From assembly GCA_964366415.1 (NCBI GenBank), contig CAYITG010000001.1, forward strand, positions 650,195-714,194: DNA of 64,000 nucleotides. Direction: 5' to 3'. The notes under the pieces are model-generated. The model saw only the letters and a list, made by a program, of their open reading frames with translations. It did no database searches and was not told where the DNA came from. Position numbers and translations under genes: made by a program. Below are positions 45,350 to 54,763 of this stretch, piece by piece; within the stretch, counting starts at the first letter, position 1, and every line of letters begins with the position of its first letter. The stretch comes from Candidatus Woesearchaeota archaeon (GTDB taxonomy: Archaea; Nanobdellota; Nanobdellia; SCGC-AAA011-G17; UBA489).

Positions 45350-46848
45350 AACGTTTTATTTATAAACTATCTTTCTCTCTTTTGCTCATGCTTCGTGCGA
45401 CCTTGAAAGGAACATTGTACATCACTTTTAGTTTAGCTCTTGTTAAGTTACTTTCTTTAGTTTATACTTCCATGATAGCTCGCGCTTTAGGGCCAGAAGG
45501 ATTAGGCGCTTTGAATTTAGCCATGCTAATGGTTCCTTGGTTCATTGCAGGCTCCTCTTTCTCCTTGCAAACTGTTGCCACACAAGTCATTGCTTCATTC
45601 AAATCGCGAAAACTCGATATTATACCTGTCATGCGCGGCCTCTTTCTCTTAACTTTTCTTTCTGGATTAGGCGCAACTTTGCTTCATTTTTTTGTCTCTC
45701 CTTTTGTTGCACGATTCTTTTTTCATGATGATCATTTAGCATGGCCCATTGCCTTGGCTTCTCTTATTATCCTTTTTTCTGTGTTGTACAATGTTCTCTT
45801 AGGCGTCGAGCGCGGATTGAAACGCTTTAGATCTTACGCTTTTCTCGAATTCCTTAAACAGATCTTTCTTGTTGTTGCCACTTTTTGCTTTATTGTTTAT
45901 TTTGGTTATGGAGTCAAAGGAGCTCTCTATGCCCTGATTTTTTCTCCAGCTCTTGTCATTTTTCTCTATCTTCTTCGTCATCGTCGATTATTTGCGCATG
46001 GTGCTGTGAATAAGGAAGGGATGCTTTCTTTTGGTTTTTCCCTGACCTTTGTAGGATTACTTCTCTCTTTGTTTTTATCCCTTGATCGATTTATCTTGGG
46101 ATTTTTACAATCTCAAGAAACTGTTGGTTACTACGCTGCGAGTTTGACTCTTCTTAATTTAGGTTTTTATTTTGTTGGTGGAATAAAAAATACGGCTTTT
46201 CCATTTTTGTCTGAAAAATTTTCTCAAACAAAAAACCTCAGTGATCATCGCGTTATTGACTATTTTTCTAAGATCACCACTTATACTCTTCTTTTTATTG
46301 GTGTTATCATGATAGGCCTCATGATGTTTCGTCATGAACTCATTTTTTTAATTTTTGGCAGTGATTATTATCTTTCCATTGACCTTTTGATGATTATGAT
46401 TTTTTCTCTTCCTTTTTTGACTCTTTACATTCTTATTCACACTTTGTCTATCAGCATTCAACGTATTCGTGAAGCAACTCTTGCTAGCGCCATAGCACTC
46501 ATTGTTGGGGTCGTTATCTTTTATATTTTTACTCGCACTTGGAATGTGACTGGAACTGCTTATGCTCTTGTCGTGAGTTCTATGATTCTTAGCATTTTTT
46601 ATTATATTCTTACTATGACGTCTGTTAGAATTCGCTTTGCACCTGTTTTTTTCGTTGTTTTATACGTTACTCTTTTTACCTTTGCCCTCTCTTTTGTAGA
46701 AGGTTCTTTTTTGTTTCGCGTGTTTATTTTCCTCTTTGCTCATCTTGTTTATCTATTACTTTCTCTTCTTTTTCGATTTATTGAATGGGCAGAACTTCTT
46801 TTTGCTTTCTCGAGAATCTCTGCTTATTTTCGCTCTTTCATACGATAA
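45346..46848 (+). CDS. MOP-superfamily polysaccharide flippase (Wzx-like)
   Basis: It is 500 aa with ~12-14 TM segments. The N-terminus has the flippase-typical ...MIARALGPEGLGALNLAM. Confidence 0.6.
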   Translation: MKRFIYKLSFSLLLMLRATLKGTLYITFSLALVKLLSLVYTSMIARALGPEGLGALNLAMLMVPWFIAGSSFSLQTVATQVIASFKSRKLDIIPVMRGLFLLTFLSGLGATLLHFFVSPFVARFFFHDDHLAWPIALASLIILFSVLYNVLLGVERGLKRFRSYAFLEFLKQIFLVVATFCFIVYFGYGVKGALYALIFSPALVIFLYLLRHRRLFAHGAVNKEGMLSFGFSLTFVGLLLSLFLSLDRFILGFLQSQETVGYYAASLTLLNLGFYFVGGIKNTAFPFLSEKFSQTKNLSDHRVIDYFSKITTYTLLFIGVIMIGLMMFRHELIFLIFGSDYYLSIDLLMIMIFSLPFLTLYILIHTLSISIQRIREATLASAIALIVGVVIFYIFTRTWNVTGTAYALVVSSMILSIFYYILTMTSVRIRFAPVFFVVLYVTLFTFALSFVEGSFLFRVFIFLFAHLVYLLLSLLFRFIEWAELLFAFSRISAYFRSFIR

Positions 46849-46890
46849 GAAAGGACACATTTTTAAATATCCTTACTTGGACTTATTTTT

Positions 46891-47817
46891 ATGAAACCTC
46901 GAAAATGTACTATCAGTGCTATTGTACCCGTCTATAATGGAGAATCTTTTATTGCAGAAACTCTCCAAAGCCTTCTTGACCAATCTAGACCTTTCGATGA
47001 AATTATCGTTGTTGATGATGGCAGTACAGATAGAACTCCTACTATCGTTAATACTTTCAAAAAAGTCAGATTGATTCGCACTTCTCATGTTGAACGCGTT
47101 GCTGCCCGCAATATCGGATGGAGAGCTTCCAAAGGAAACATCATTGCCTTTATTGACAGCGATCTTGTTCTTGTCAAAGACTGGCTTAAAGAAGTCCTTA
47201 AGGGATTTGATCAAGGTCATGTTGCTGTTGTTGATCGAAGAGCAGTGTATAAACCTACAACCTACATTGCAAAAATGAACGACCATTTTTTTGATCTTCG
47301 CTTTACTGAAAAATATAAACCCTTTACTGCATGGGTTATTCAACGTGATGTTTTTGAAAAACTAGGAGGATTGGATGAAAGCGCTATTGGTTTCGAAGAT
47401 ATTAATCTCGGAGATGCCCTGTACAAAAGTGGTTATGACATCTATTTTGCACAGAAAGCCATAGCTTATCACAAAGGAGAACCAACCAATTTCAGAACTG
47501 AAATGCGCAGACATTTTTGGTTTGGCTCTCATGCCTTACCTTATTGGAAAAAGAGAAGGCCTTTAGGGAAACCCCTCAAAGTTGTTCTTTTTTCTCTCTT
47601 AACTTTGTTCTTTTTTATTTTTCCTCTTTGGATACTTAGCATTATCTTTTTGCTTTATTCTTATGTTTTTTTGAAGGATCTCTTTGTCTGGAAGATGAAC
47701 CTTCGTTATCTGTTTGTTCATCCTTTCATTGCCGTTGCTTCTGAATTTGCTTATGCTTATGGTGTTCTCTATGGATTTCTTTTTGGACCTCTAACCTTGG
47801 TTAGAAAACATATCTGA
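46891..47817 (+). CDS. GT2 glycosyltransferase with C-terminal TM helices (copy A)
   Basis: It has SAIVPVYNGESFIAETLQSL, VVDDGSTDRT and DSD. The C-terminal two thirds are identical to copy B. Confidence 0.75.
   Translation: MKPRKCTISAIVPVYNGESFIAETLQSLLDQSRPFDEIIVVDDGSTDRTPTIVNTFKKVRLIRTSHVERVAARNIGWRASKGNIIAFIDSDLVLVKDWLKEVLKGFDQGHVAVVDRRAVYKPTTYIAKMNDHFFDLRFTEKYKPFTAWVIQRDVFEKLGGLDESAIGFEDINLGDALYKSGYDIYFAQKAIAYHKGEPTNFRTEMRRHFWFGSHALPYWKKRRPLGKPLKVVLFSLLTLFFFIFPLWILSIIFLLYSYVFLKDLFVWKMNLRYLFVHPFIAVASEFAYAYGVLYGFLFGPLTLVRKHI
47124..47749 (+). repeat. 626-bp block 100% identical to 48094..48719 (segmental duplication or gene conversion inside tandem GT2 genes)
   Basis: Line-by-line comparison at an offset of 970 nt shows no mismatches. 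Identity starts at AGCTTCCAAAGG and ends at CTGAATTTG. Confidence 0.9.
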
Positions 47818-47860
47818 TGATGAGATACTTTTATAAATAAATAATTTATCAATCTTCTTT

Positions 47861-48820
47861 GTGAAAAAAAAGTATACTGTCAGTGCCATCGTTCCCGTCA
47901 ATAATGGTGCTTCTTATATTGCAGAAACTATTCAAGGCCTTCTTGATCAATCTAGACATTTCGATGAAATTATCGTCATTGATGGTAAAAGCACAGATGA
48001 TACTGCAAACATTGTCAAAAAATTCAAAGGGGTGAAGTTTATTCAGCTTGGCTATGACCCTGAAAGGATTGCAAAACGTAACATTGCTTGGAAAGCTTCC
48101 AAAGGAAACATCATTGCCTTTATTGACAGCGATCTTGTTCTTGTCAAAGACTGGCTTAAAGAAGTCCTTAAGGGATTTGATCAAGGTCATGTTGCTGTTG
48201 TTGATCGAAGAGCAGTGTATAAACCTACAACCTACATTGCAAAAATGAACGACCATTTTTTTGATCTTCGCTTTACTGAAAAATATAAACCCTTTACTGC
48301 ATGGGTTATTCAACGTGATGTTTTTGAAAAACTAGGAGGATTGGATGAAAGCGCTATTGGTTTCGAAGATATTAATCTCGGAGATGCCCTGTACAAAAGT
48401 GGTTATGACATCTATTTTGCACAGAAAGCCATAGCTTATCACAAAGGAGAACCAACCAATTTCAGAACTGAAATGCGCAGACATTTTTGGTTTGGCTCTC
48501 ATGCCTTACCTTATTGGAAAAAGAGAAGGCCTTTAGGGAAACCCCTCAAAGTTGTTCTTTTTTCTCTCTTAACTTTGTTCTTTTTTATTTTTCCTCTTTG
48601 GATACTTAGCATTATCTTTTTGCTTTATTCTTATGTTTTTTTGAAGGATCTCTTTGTCTGGAAGATGAACCTTCGTTATCTGTTTGTTCATCCTTTCATT
48701 GCCGTTGCTTCTGAATTTGTTTATGCCTGGGGATTTGCTTATTCTTTGATTAAAGGGCCTATTACTCACGCTCGTTCGAGTGATGCAGAAGTAACAAAAC
48801 AAACTGCATCTCACCAGTAG
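47861..48820 (+). CDS. GT2 glycosyltransferase with C-terminal TM helices (copy B, GTG start)
   Basis: The N-terminal ~90 aa are ~60% identical to copy A. Residues from ~aa 79 onward are identical to copy A up to the extreme C-terminus. Confidence 0.75.
   Translation: MKKKYTVSAIVPVNNGASYIAETIQGLLDQSRHFDEIIVIDGKSTDDTANIVKKFKGVKFIQLGYDPERIAKRNIAWKASKGNIIAFIDSDLVLVKDWLKEVLKGFDQGHVAVVDRRAVYKPTTYIAKMNDHFFDLRFTEKYKPFTAWVIQRDVFEKLGGLDESAIGFEDINLGDALYKSGYDIYFAQKAIAYHKGEPTNFRTEMRRHFWFGSHALPYWKKRRPLGKPLKVVLFSLLTLFFFIFPLWILSIIFLLYSYVFLKDLFVWKMNLRYLFVHPFIAVASEFVYAWGFAYSLIKGPITHARSSDAEVTKQTASHQ
48094..48719 (+). repeat. second copy of the 626-bp identical block
   Basis: See 47124..47749. Confidence 0.9.
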
Positions 48821-48866
48821 AAACTTTTTTAAATGCACTATTAGTAGAACTCTTAAGGGGTATTTT

Positions 48867-49880
48867 ATGAGTACTGTTATTAAGGTATCTGTTCCTGGAC
48901 GTGTTTGCTTAGTTGGAGAACATTGTGATTATGCTAAGGGAATGTCTATTGCCTTACCACTTCAACACCATATCACTTTGTATGGAGAAAAACGCCCTGA
49001 TCAAACTGTTTTATTTCTTACTGCTATGGAAGATAATGCATATAAATTAAGTTTTCCTCTTCATGATATTTCCATACCGGATGATAATCCTTTACGTTAT
49101 TCTGCTGCTGTTGTTGATGTCATGAAAAATCGTGGTTATTCTATCGGAGGCGTTGAAGCCATAATGAAGAGCAATTTACCTTTTAAAAAAGGCTTGGCCT
49201 CTTCTGCCGCTGTTGAAGTTGCCACTGTTCGCCTTTTCGATACACTTTATCGCCTTGATTTATCTCTCGATCAGATTGCTGAAATTGCTTATGATGCAGA
49301 ACGAAATCGTCTTGGAATTGGTTGCGGCAGAATGGACCAACTTGTTGCTGCTTATGAATCTTTGATAGCGATAAATTATGAAAAAGATACACCTACTGTA
49401 ACACGATTACAACATTCTCCCGTTCCTATGTATCTTCTTGTAGGTATTCCTCTTGTTACTAAACGCGCTTTACAGCTGATGCTTACGGAATCTAATCGTG
49501 CTTATTTACACCCGCAATCGCAAACAGATCGCGACTTTGGCAGAGCACTTGATGACCTGATCCCCAATGAAGTTGTTCGCCCATTCATTGACGCAGTTCA
49601 GCAAGGTAATATTTCAGCTGTTGGTGATCTTTTCAGAAAAAACCAAGAAATTTATGATCAATATTTTGTTCCCGTCTGTGAAAGCTTTGATTCTCCCATC
49701 CTTTCTTCTTTTTTGAAAATTGCACTACAACATGGAAGCATTGGGGAGAAATGGACTGGCGCTGGAGGTTCAGGCGCTTTTATCTGTCTCGCTGAATCTG
49801 AGGAAGCAAGAATAGACCTTCAACAAGCTATAGAACGCCAATCTTCTATTGATGTTAAATTTGTAACTGCAACTCTCTAA
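48867..49880 (+). CDS. GHMP-family sugar kinase, galactokinase-like (sugar-1-kinase)
   Basis: Motif 1 PGRVCLVGEHCDY resembles the GalK signature GRVNLIGEHTDY. Motif 2 is KKGLASSAAV. Confidence 0.75.
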   Translation: MSTVIKVSVPGRVCLVGEHCDYAKGMSIALPLQHHITLYGEKRPDQTVLFLTAMEDNAYKLSFPLHDISIPDDNPLRYSAAVVDVMKNRGYSIGGVEAIMKSNLPFKKGLASSAAVEVATVRLFDTLYRLDLSLDQIAEIAYDAERNRLGIGCGRMDQLVAAYESLIAINYEKDTPTVTRLQHSPVPMYLLVGIPLVTKRALQLMLTESNRAYLHPQSQTDRDFGRALDDLIPNEVVRPFIDAVQQGNISAVGDLFRKNQEIYDQYFVPVCESFDSPILSSFLKIALQHGSIGEKWTGAGGSGAFICLAESEEARIDLQQAIERQSSIDVKFVTATL

Positions 49881-49882
49881 CT

Positions 49883-50848
49883 ATGACTCTTTTCCTCCTT
49901 GATTTACCGCAACAAAGAATTTCTCTTGAAGAGCTATGTTTCTCTTTAACATCCTGTCAACATACCTTTACTGAAGAAATTCGTGACACTTACCGAGAAC
50001 TTATTCAACGTTTTTATGAAGATCATCGAAAAAGCACTCCACTACAATATGACCCTGATTCTAACCCTATTTTTACCTTAGATTCTTTTTGTTCTTCTGG
50101 AAAAAGAACCTTTTCTTTAGGCAGTGTTGAATTTAAGGACTATTTTGCTTTACGCAATCTTCTTTATCGGACAAAGGAAGATGGACGTTTACTTCGACAA
50201 TTTGTTCCTTTAAGCATGACTGCTACTTTAGAAACTGCTGACCATTTTTTGGTGCTTGGACATCGCAAAGGAAATCATCTTTCTGATCGCTATTTACCCC
50301 CTGCTGGTTTTTTGCAGTATTGTTCAAATATCACTTCGGATTACTTCAGACAGAAATGCGCTGAAGAATTTTCTGAGGAGTTAGGCATAGATTTTAATGA
50401 TGTTTCCTATATTGGCCTGACAGGTGATACTCGAGATTCGTTCCTCGACACTTGTACTTTTTATGGCCAGACTTCTTTGACAAGAGCCGAAGTTCAGAAA
50501 GCTTGGGAGTCTCGCGGTGCTAAGGATGAACATTCTCATCTTATTTACATTCCTTCTTCCTTAGAAGCCATTAGTGCATTCCTCCATGGAACTTTTACTG
50601 GAGAAGTTAATCCTTCTATGAATATTCATTTTGAGAATGGTATTTGTATTTCCGGTCCTCGAGAAATTTTAGGCAAACGCTATCAACAGATTGAAAATGG
50701 TGTTGGCGCTTATGCAGCTTTCCTTTCTTTGTCTCAACCTCTTGCTGAAGTCCAGTCATTACTTCATTCCCTTGCTTCTGCAGGCATTATTGAAGGAGTT
50801 GTAATGAAAAATATTAATGATGAACAGCCCTATCTTCTTTCTTCTTAA
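49883..50848 (+). CDS. hypothetical protein (possible degenerate Nudix-like fold)
   Basis: It starts 2 nt after the kinase gene. The segment LVLGHRKG..YLPPAGFL...DYFRQKCAEEFSEELGI loosely resembles the Nudix box but lacks canonical residues. Confidence 0.35.
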   Translation: MTLFLLDLPQQRISLEELCFSLTSCQHTFTEEIRDTYRELIQRFYEDHRKSTPLQYDPDSNPIFTLDSFCSSGKRTFSLGSVEFKDYFALRNLLYRTKEDGRLLRQFVPLSMTATLETADHFLVLGHRKGNHLSDRYLPPAGFLQYCSNITSDYFRQKCAEEFSEELGIDFNDVSYIGLTGDTRDSFLDTCTFYGQTSLTRAEVQKAWESRGAKDEHSHLIYIPSSLEAISAFLHGTFTGEVNPSMNIHFENGICISGPREILGKRYQQIENGVGAYAAFLSLSQPLAEVQSLLHSLASAGIIEGVVMKNINDEQPYLLSS

Positions 50849-51620
50849 GAAATTCTTGCGCAAGTTTTATACTTTCAACATTTCCCACATCGAATATTTC
50901 TCTGTCTGTTATGTAAGCATATGCCTCTTTTCCTTTCATTAGAAACCATGGAACTATATTCCCCATATTTCCATCGTTCTTAGTTTCTTTTATATACTGC
51001 TTGATCAGTTCGCTGCATTCTTTATCAAAAATAAATGTTGGTGTGGCCGCATAAATTGATTTTGGATTTTGTGGTTTTTCTTCATATGACAGAATTTTCT
51101 GTTCTTTGTTAAATTCAGCTACGCCACGTAAACGAATGAATTCTGGCCTTTCTTTATGCACCACTATTGTTGTTTTTTTCCTTTTTTGATATGACTCAAG
51201 TACACTACCAAGATCATAATCAAATATGGTATCTCCAGCTAGAATAAGAAGGTCGTCATTCACTTTTTCCTTTTCTAAGATGTATAGCACTCCACCAAAT
51301 ACTCCTTGCCCATATGTATTGTCTGGAGACCCATCACTTATTAGTTTAATATTGAGTTTTCCCCCATACCTCTCTTTCCATTTCCTAAATTCATTTATAT
51401 TATCATTATTTACGCGTACAAAAACATCAGATATGGTTGTTTTTTCAACTTTTTTTATGATTCTCGAGAAAATTGGTTCTCCTGCTATTTTCAAGAGTGG
51501 TTTGGGGACATCAAGAAATTCTTTATACTTTTCATATTCTTTTGAATCTATTTCTTTTAATTTTTTAATATCTTCCTGAAGACGCGTTCCGTACCCTCCG
51601 GCGAGAATTATTGCTTTCAT
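50814..51620 (-). CDS. sugar-1-phosphate nucleotidyltransferase
   Basis: The N-terminus MKAIILAGGYGTRLQ is the G-x-G-T-R nucleotidyltransferase signature. The length is 268 aa. Confidence 0.75.
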   Translation of the reverse strand: MKAIILAGGYGTRLQEDIKKLKEIDSKEYEKYKEFLDVPKPLLKIAGEPIFSRIIKKVEKTTISDVFVRVNNDNINEFRKWKERYGGKLNIKLISDGSPDNTYGQGVFGGVLYILEKEKVNDDLLILAGDTIFDYDLGSVLESYQKRKKTTIVVHKERPEFIRLRGVAEFNKEQKILSYEEKPQNPKSIYAATPTFIFDKECSELIKQYIKETKNDGNMGNIVPWFLMKGKEAYAYITDREIFDVGNVESIKLAQEFLKKKEDRAVHH

Positions 51621-51644
51621 CCTTCAAAAATTTTTTAAATGAGT

Positions 51645-53171
51645 TTAAATGCTTTGCCCCATTGAATGTTCAATACTCTTTTTTGGATCTGTGCGATCAT
51701 GCCTCTGCAGCCCGTATCTGGTGCGTATTTTATCATCAATTTCTTGACGTAATTCAAGGAAATCTTGTGCGCTCACCTTTTCTGTTCTAACATATACTAC
51801 ATTCTCGCCGGGAGCTGTTTTGTATGGTGCTGTCTCTCTTGCAAAATCAATGGCACGCACATATAATTCTCCTTCTCCTAAAACGCGTTGGAATTCATCA
51901 CTATGCTTTCCTCTATTTGGCCTCAGACCATCATACACGCGCGATCCTGGATAGGGGGTTAAAATTGTCAAATCGAAATCCCACTTCATGTTATACTGTT
52001 GTGCAAGTTTTCCTAATCTTTCGAGGAATTTTTCTGTCATGCGAATATCGTCTACTGTTTCTGTTGGTTGCCCCATCATTGTCAACGCTTTCATTTCTAT
52101 TCCATGCTCAAAAGCCAATTTTGTAGCTTGATAGTTAATCTCTGCCGTTGTATTCTTTTTCACGTAATCTTTCAGTATTCTATCTGATCCACTTTCGAAA
52201 CCTGAGAGCACAATATGAAACCCGGCACGCTTCATCGCAGGCGCAACTTCCGGATGCCTCACAAAAAGTTCCGATTTAATAAATCCCCTATATGAGAATG
52301 GCCTCTCATCTTTTGCCATTCTTTCTTTGTTATTTCTCTCAAGAACTTCCAACAATTCCATTGTTGCTCTTGCGTCTAAGTTTAGTTCATCATCATAAAA
52401 CATGAATCCTGTTACCGAAGGAAATTTTTCATTAATGTGGTTTAGCTCTGCGACAACTCTTTCAGGGCTATATGCACGCCTTCTTCCCGTCGTTTTACTT
52501 TTTACGAAACGGTATTGAGGAATATTTCTCCCAGAACAAAAATTACAGTTAAAGGGACAACCGCGCTGAGATAGGATGCTTGTAGCTGGACCGCCATCAA
52601 TATCAAATTTTGGAGACCCATCGTCTTTGAATAAATAAGCTTGCATATCGATAAGCTCACGTGGCAAGAAAGGAAGCTTATCAAGATCATCGAATGTTCC
52701 AGAATATACCCACCTTGAGGACTGAGGTTTATTTAATCTCTTTAATGCTTCAAAGATTCCTAATTCTTCTCCTTCAATGATCTGGTCGAATATCTCCAAA
52801 GAATGGAAATTTGCATCACCTTCATATAACTCACTTTCTTTCACCATAGACTCTAATCTTCTTTTTCTTAGACTTGCAAACATTGTTGCATGCGGACCAC
52901 CAATCACTACATTGGCATGCGGATGCACTGCTTTAATTGATGAAAGTATACTTACTGCGTAACTAAACTGCGGAGATGTTGCTGTAATTCCATAAATATC
53001 AAAATTTTGTTGCGCAATTTGTTGCGCTTTGGTTTCATAGTCTCCATACCCTGCCAAATCAAAAAGCTTTACTTCATGCCCTGCTTTTTGCGCTATTCCT
53101 GCAATACTTAGCAGACCGAGTGAGAAAAATACTTTATCATCTGTAAGAAAAAATGACGGCGGATTAATCAA
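51645..53171 (-). CDS. B12-binding domain radical SAM protein
   Basis: An N-terminal B12-binding-like domain is followed by GCPFNCNFCSG (Cx3Cx2C). Confidence 0.8.
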   Translation of the reverse strand: MINPPSFFLTDDKVFFSLGLLSIAGIAQKAGHEVKLFDLAGYGDYETKAQQIAQQNFDIYGITATSPQFSYAVSILSSIKAVHPHANVVIGGPHATMFASLRKRRLESMVKESELYEGDANFHSLEIFDQIIEGEELGIFEALKRLNKPQSSRWVYSGTFDDLDKLPFLPRELIDMQAYLFKDDGSPKFDIDGGPATSILSQRGCPFNCNFCSGRNIPQYRFVKSKTTGRRRAYSPERVVAELNHINEKFPSVTGFMFYDDELNLDARATMELLEVLERNNKERMAKDERPFSYRGFIKSELFVRHPEVAPAMKRAGFHIVLSGFESGSDRILKDYVKKNTTAEINYQATKLAFEHGIEMKALTMMGQPTETVDDIRMTEKFLERLGKLAQQYNMKWDFDLTILTPYPGSRVYDGLRPNRGKHSDEFQRVLGEGELYVRAIDFARETAPYKTAPGENVVYVRTEKVSAQDFLELRQEIDDKIRTRYGLQRHDRTDPKKSIEHSMGQSI

Positions 53172-53338
53172 CGCAATTTTCTTTGGTCCATCTTCTATAC
53201 TCTCACGTATTGCGCGCTCAAGTTTGCTTTCCTCGTCCGTAGTTGATATGATAGAAATAATCTCGCCTTCCTCTTTTCGCCCCCATTTTTTGGTTTATAT
53301 GAAATGTTGATCTGTAACATATACTTTCTAGTATACTG

Positions 53339-54706
53339 TTATTTTTTTGTTGTCAAACCGCGCTTTAGAAGGTAATCAATGACTTTTATGTCAAGGAACC
53401 TGTCTGTTCGTGTGCCGACAAAAGGAATTGCTTTTCTCATTAAAGCTGCATAAAAGTCATTATATGCAGAAAATTGTTTCCTTTTATCAAATACATACTT
53501 TTTTTTACTTTGCACATACATCGCCTCTACACTTTCATTATATGTGCCATCTGCGCATTTTATTTCGCAAGGGAATTTTCCTTCCTCTTCCAGGATTGTT
53601 ACTTTTGAAGGAAGGAGCTCTGACAATAATCTTAATACTTTATCGTTCCATCCTACCACAGGAAGAATGTCTCGCCAACATGGTTTTCCTATGTACGTTT
53701 GATCCTTGTTTTTAAGATTCATTCCATAACTTGTCATGAATCCACCTGTTGGCAGTTGGTGACGAATTAACCATTGTATATCTCTCTCAACTATCTTTTT
53801 CTCCCCGAGCAAGAAAAGCGCACGAGTAATATCGGCGCTTCCTGCAATAAATATAGGATACTTAAAACGTTTCCATCCTTTCTCCGTCTTCAAATAACCA
53901 AAATCATATCCTCCTTTTGCATTACGCATCTTCTTCAAAAATACTCCTGCTTGCTGAGCTGCTCTTAGATACTTCTTATCTTTTGTTATAGCATAGACTT
54001 TTAGTAATGCAGGAATGCATCTTGCTGTATAGATGCTGATGATATGCTTGTGCTTTTCTGTTTGATAAATGCCTCCGGCCATTGTTGTTGTGTCTTGATG
54101 CTGAAGGATATACTCTGCATTTGCAATAACTACCTCATAATATTTCTGTTCTTTGGTAAGATCATATATCATTAATAATAACTCTATGAGTGTCGCAATC
54201 TTGTTTGGAACATGAAGATTTTGTTTGTCATAATGATACTGACGGAAGATTCCTGTTTTTTTGTCATAAAGAAAATTAAAATGGTAGTTATCGAGATTCT
54301 TCTTTGCCGCCAGAAGATATTTTGTTCCTTTTTCCCTTAGGTATCTTGCCAGATATGCTAGTCCTAAGGCTGCGGCTGTATCATGCGGTGTGCTGCCTCT
54401 TCCGAGAGATGGATTCGCTTCAAAGTGTGAGTTGAGGAAGATACCATTCGACAATTGATTCTTCAGAAGATCATCTCCTGCTTGCTGAGCTAGCGCAAGG
54501 AACTTGTCATTCTTTGTTTTTTTGTGTAGTCTGAGAAATGCGTCTATTAACCCTTCATAACACCAGTTCATGCTTGGGCCGGTATAATTAAGACAATCTT
54601 GCCAGTAATGGATGACTGGCCCTGCATATCCTCCTGGTTGATGCATCGTTTTCAACCACGCTACATTTTTTGCTATAGCATCTTTGAGGGCAGTTTTTTT
54701 CTTCAT
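53339..54706 (-). CDS. hypothetical protein with QxxxGG(F/Y) repeats (alpha/alpha-toroid, prenyltransferase/terpene-cyclase-like)
   Basis: Repeated motifs include QPGGYAGP, QLSNGIF, TMAGGIYQ, NAKGGYDFG and QLPTGGFMTSYG. It has no signal peptide. Confidence 0.35.
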   Translation of the reverse strand: MKKKTALKDAIAKNVAWLKTMHQPGGYAGPVIHYWQDCLNYTGPSMNWCYEGLIDAFLRLHKKTKNDKFLALAQQAGDDLLKNQLSNGIFLNSHFEANPSLGRGSTPHDTAAALGLAYLARYLREKGTKYLLAAKKNLDNYHFNFLYDKKTGIFRQYHYDKQNLHVPNKIATLIELLLMIYDLTKEQKYYEVVIANAEYILQHQDTTTMAGGIYQTEKHKHIISIYTARCIPALLKVYAITKDKKYLRAAQQAGVFLKKMRNAKGGYDFGYLKTEKGWKRFKYPIFIAGSADITRALFLLGEKKIVERDIQWLIRHQLPTGGFMTSYGMNLKNKDQTYIGKPCWRDILPVVGWNDKVLRLLSELLPSKVTILEEEGKFPCEIKCADGTYNESVEAMYVQSKKKYVFDKRKQFSAYNDFYAALMRKAIPFVGTRTDRFLDIKVIDYLLKRGLTTKK

Positions 54707-54763
54707 TTCATGATAGTAAATCTAACAAAAGGCTTATAAAAATTTGCTTCCCTCTTCTTTTCT

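Noticed and set aside
46873-48313. Two near-identical minus-strand ORFs (46873..47343 and 47849..48313; 156/154 aa, both starting MNNPCSKGFIFFSKAKIKKMVVHF)
   Set aside because: They are antisense shadow ORFs of the duplicated GT2 genes. Their similarity just mirrors the plus-strand 626-bp identical block. The GT2 frames have clear family motifs; these do not.
51226-51579. 117-aa plus-strand ORF and other small ORFs antisense to the nucleotidyltransferase and radical SAM genes
   Set aside because: They are contained within longer motif-supported CDSs on the opposite strand.
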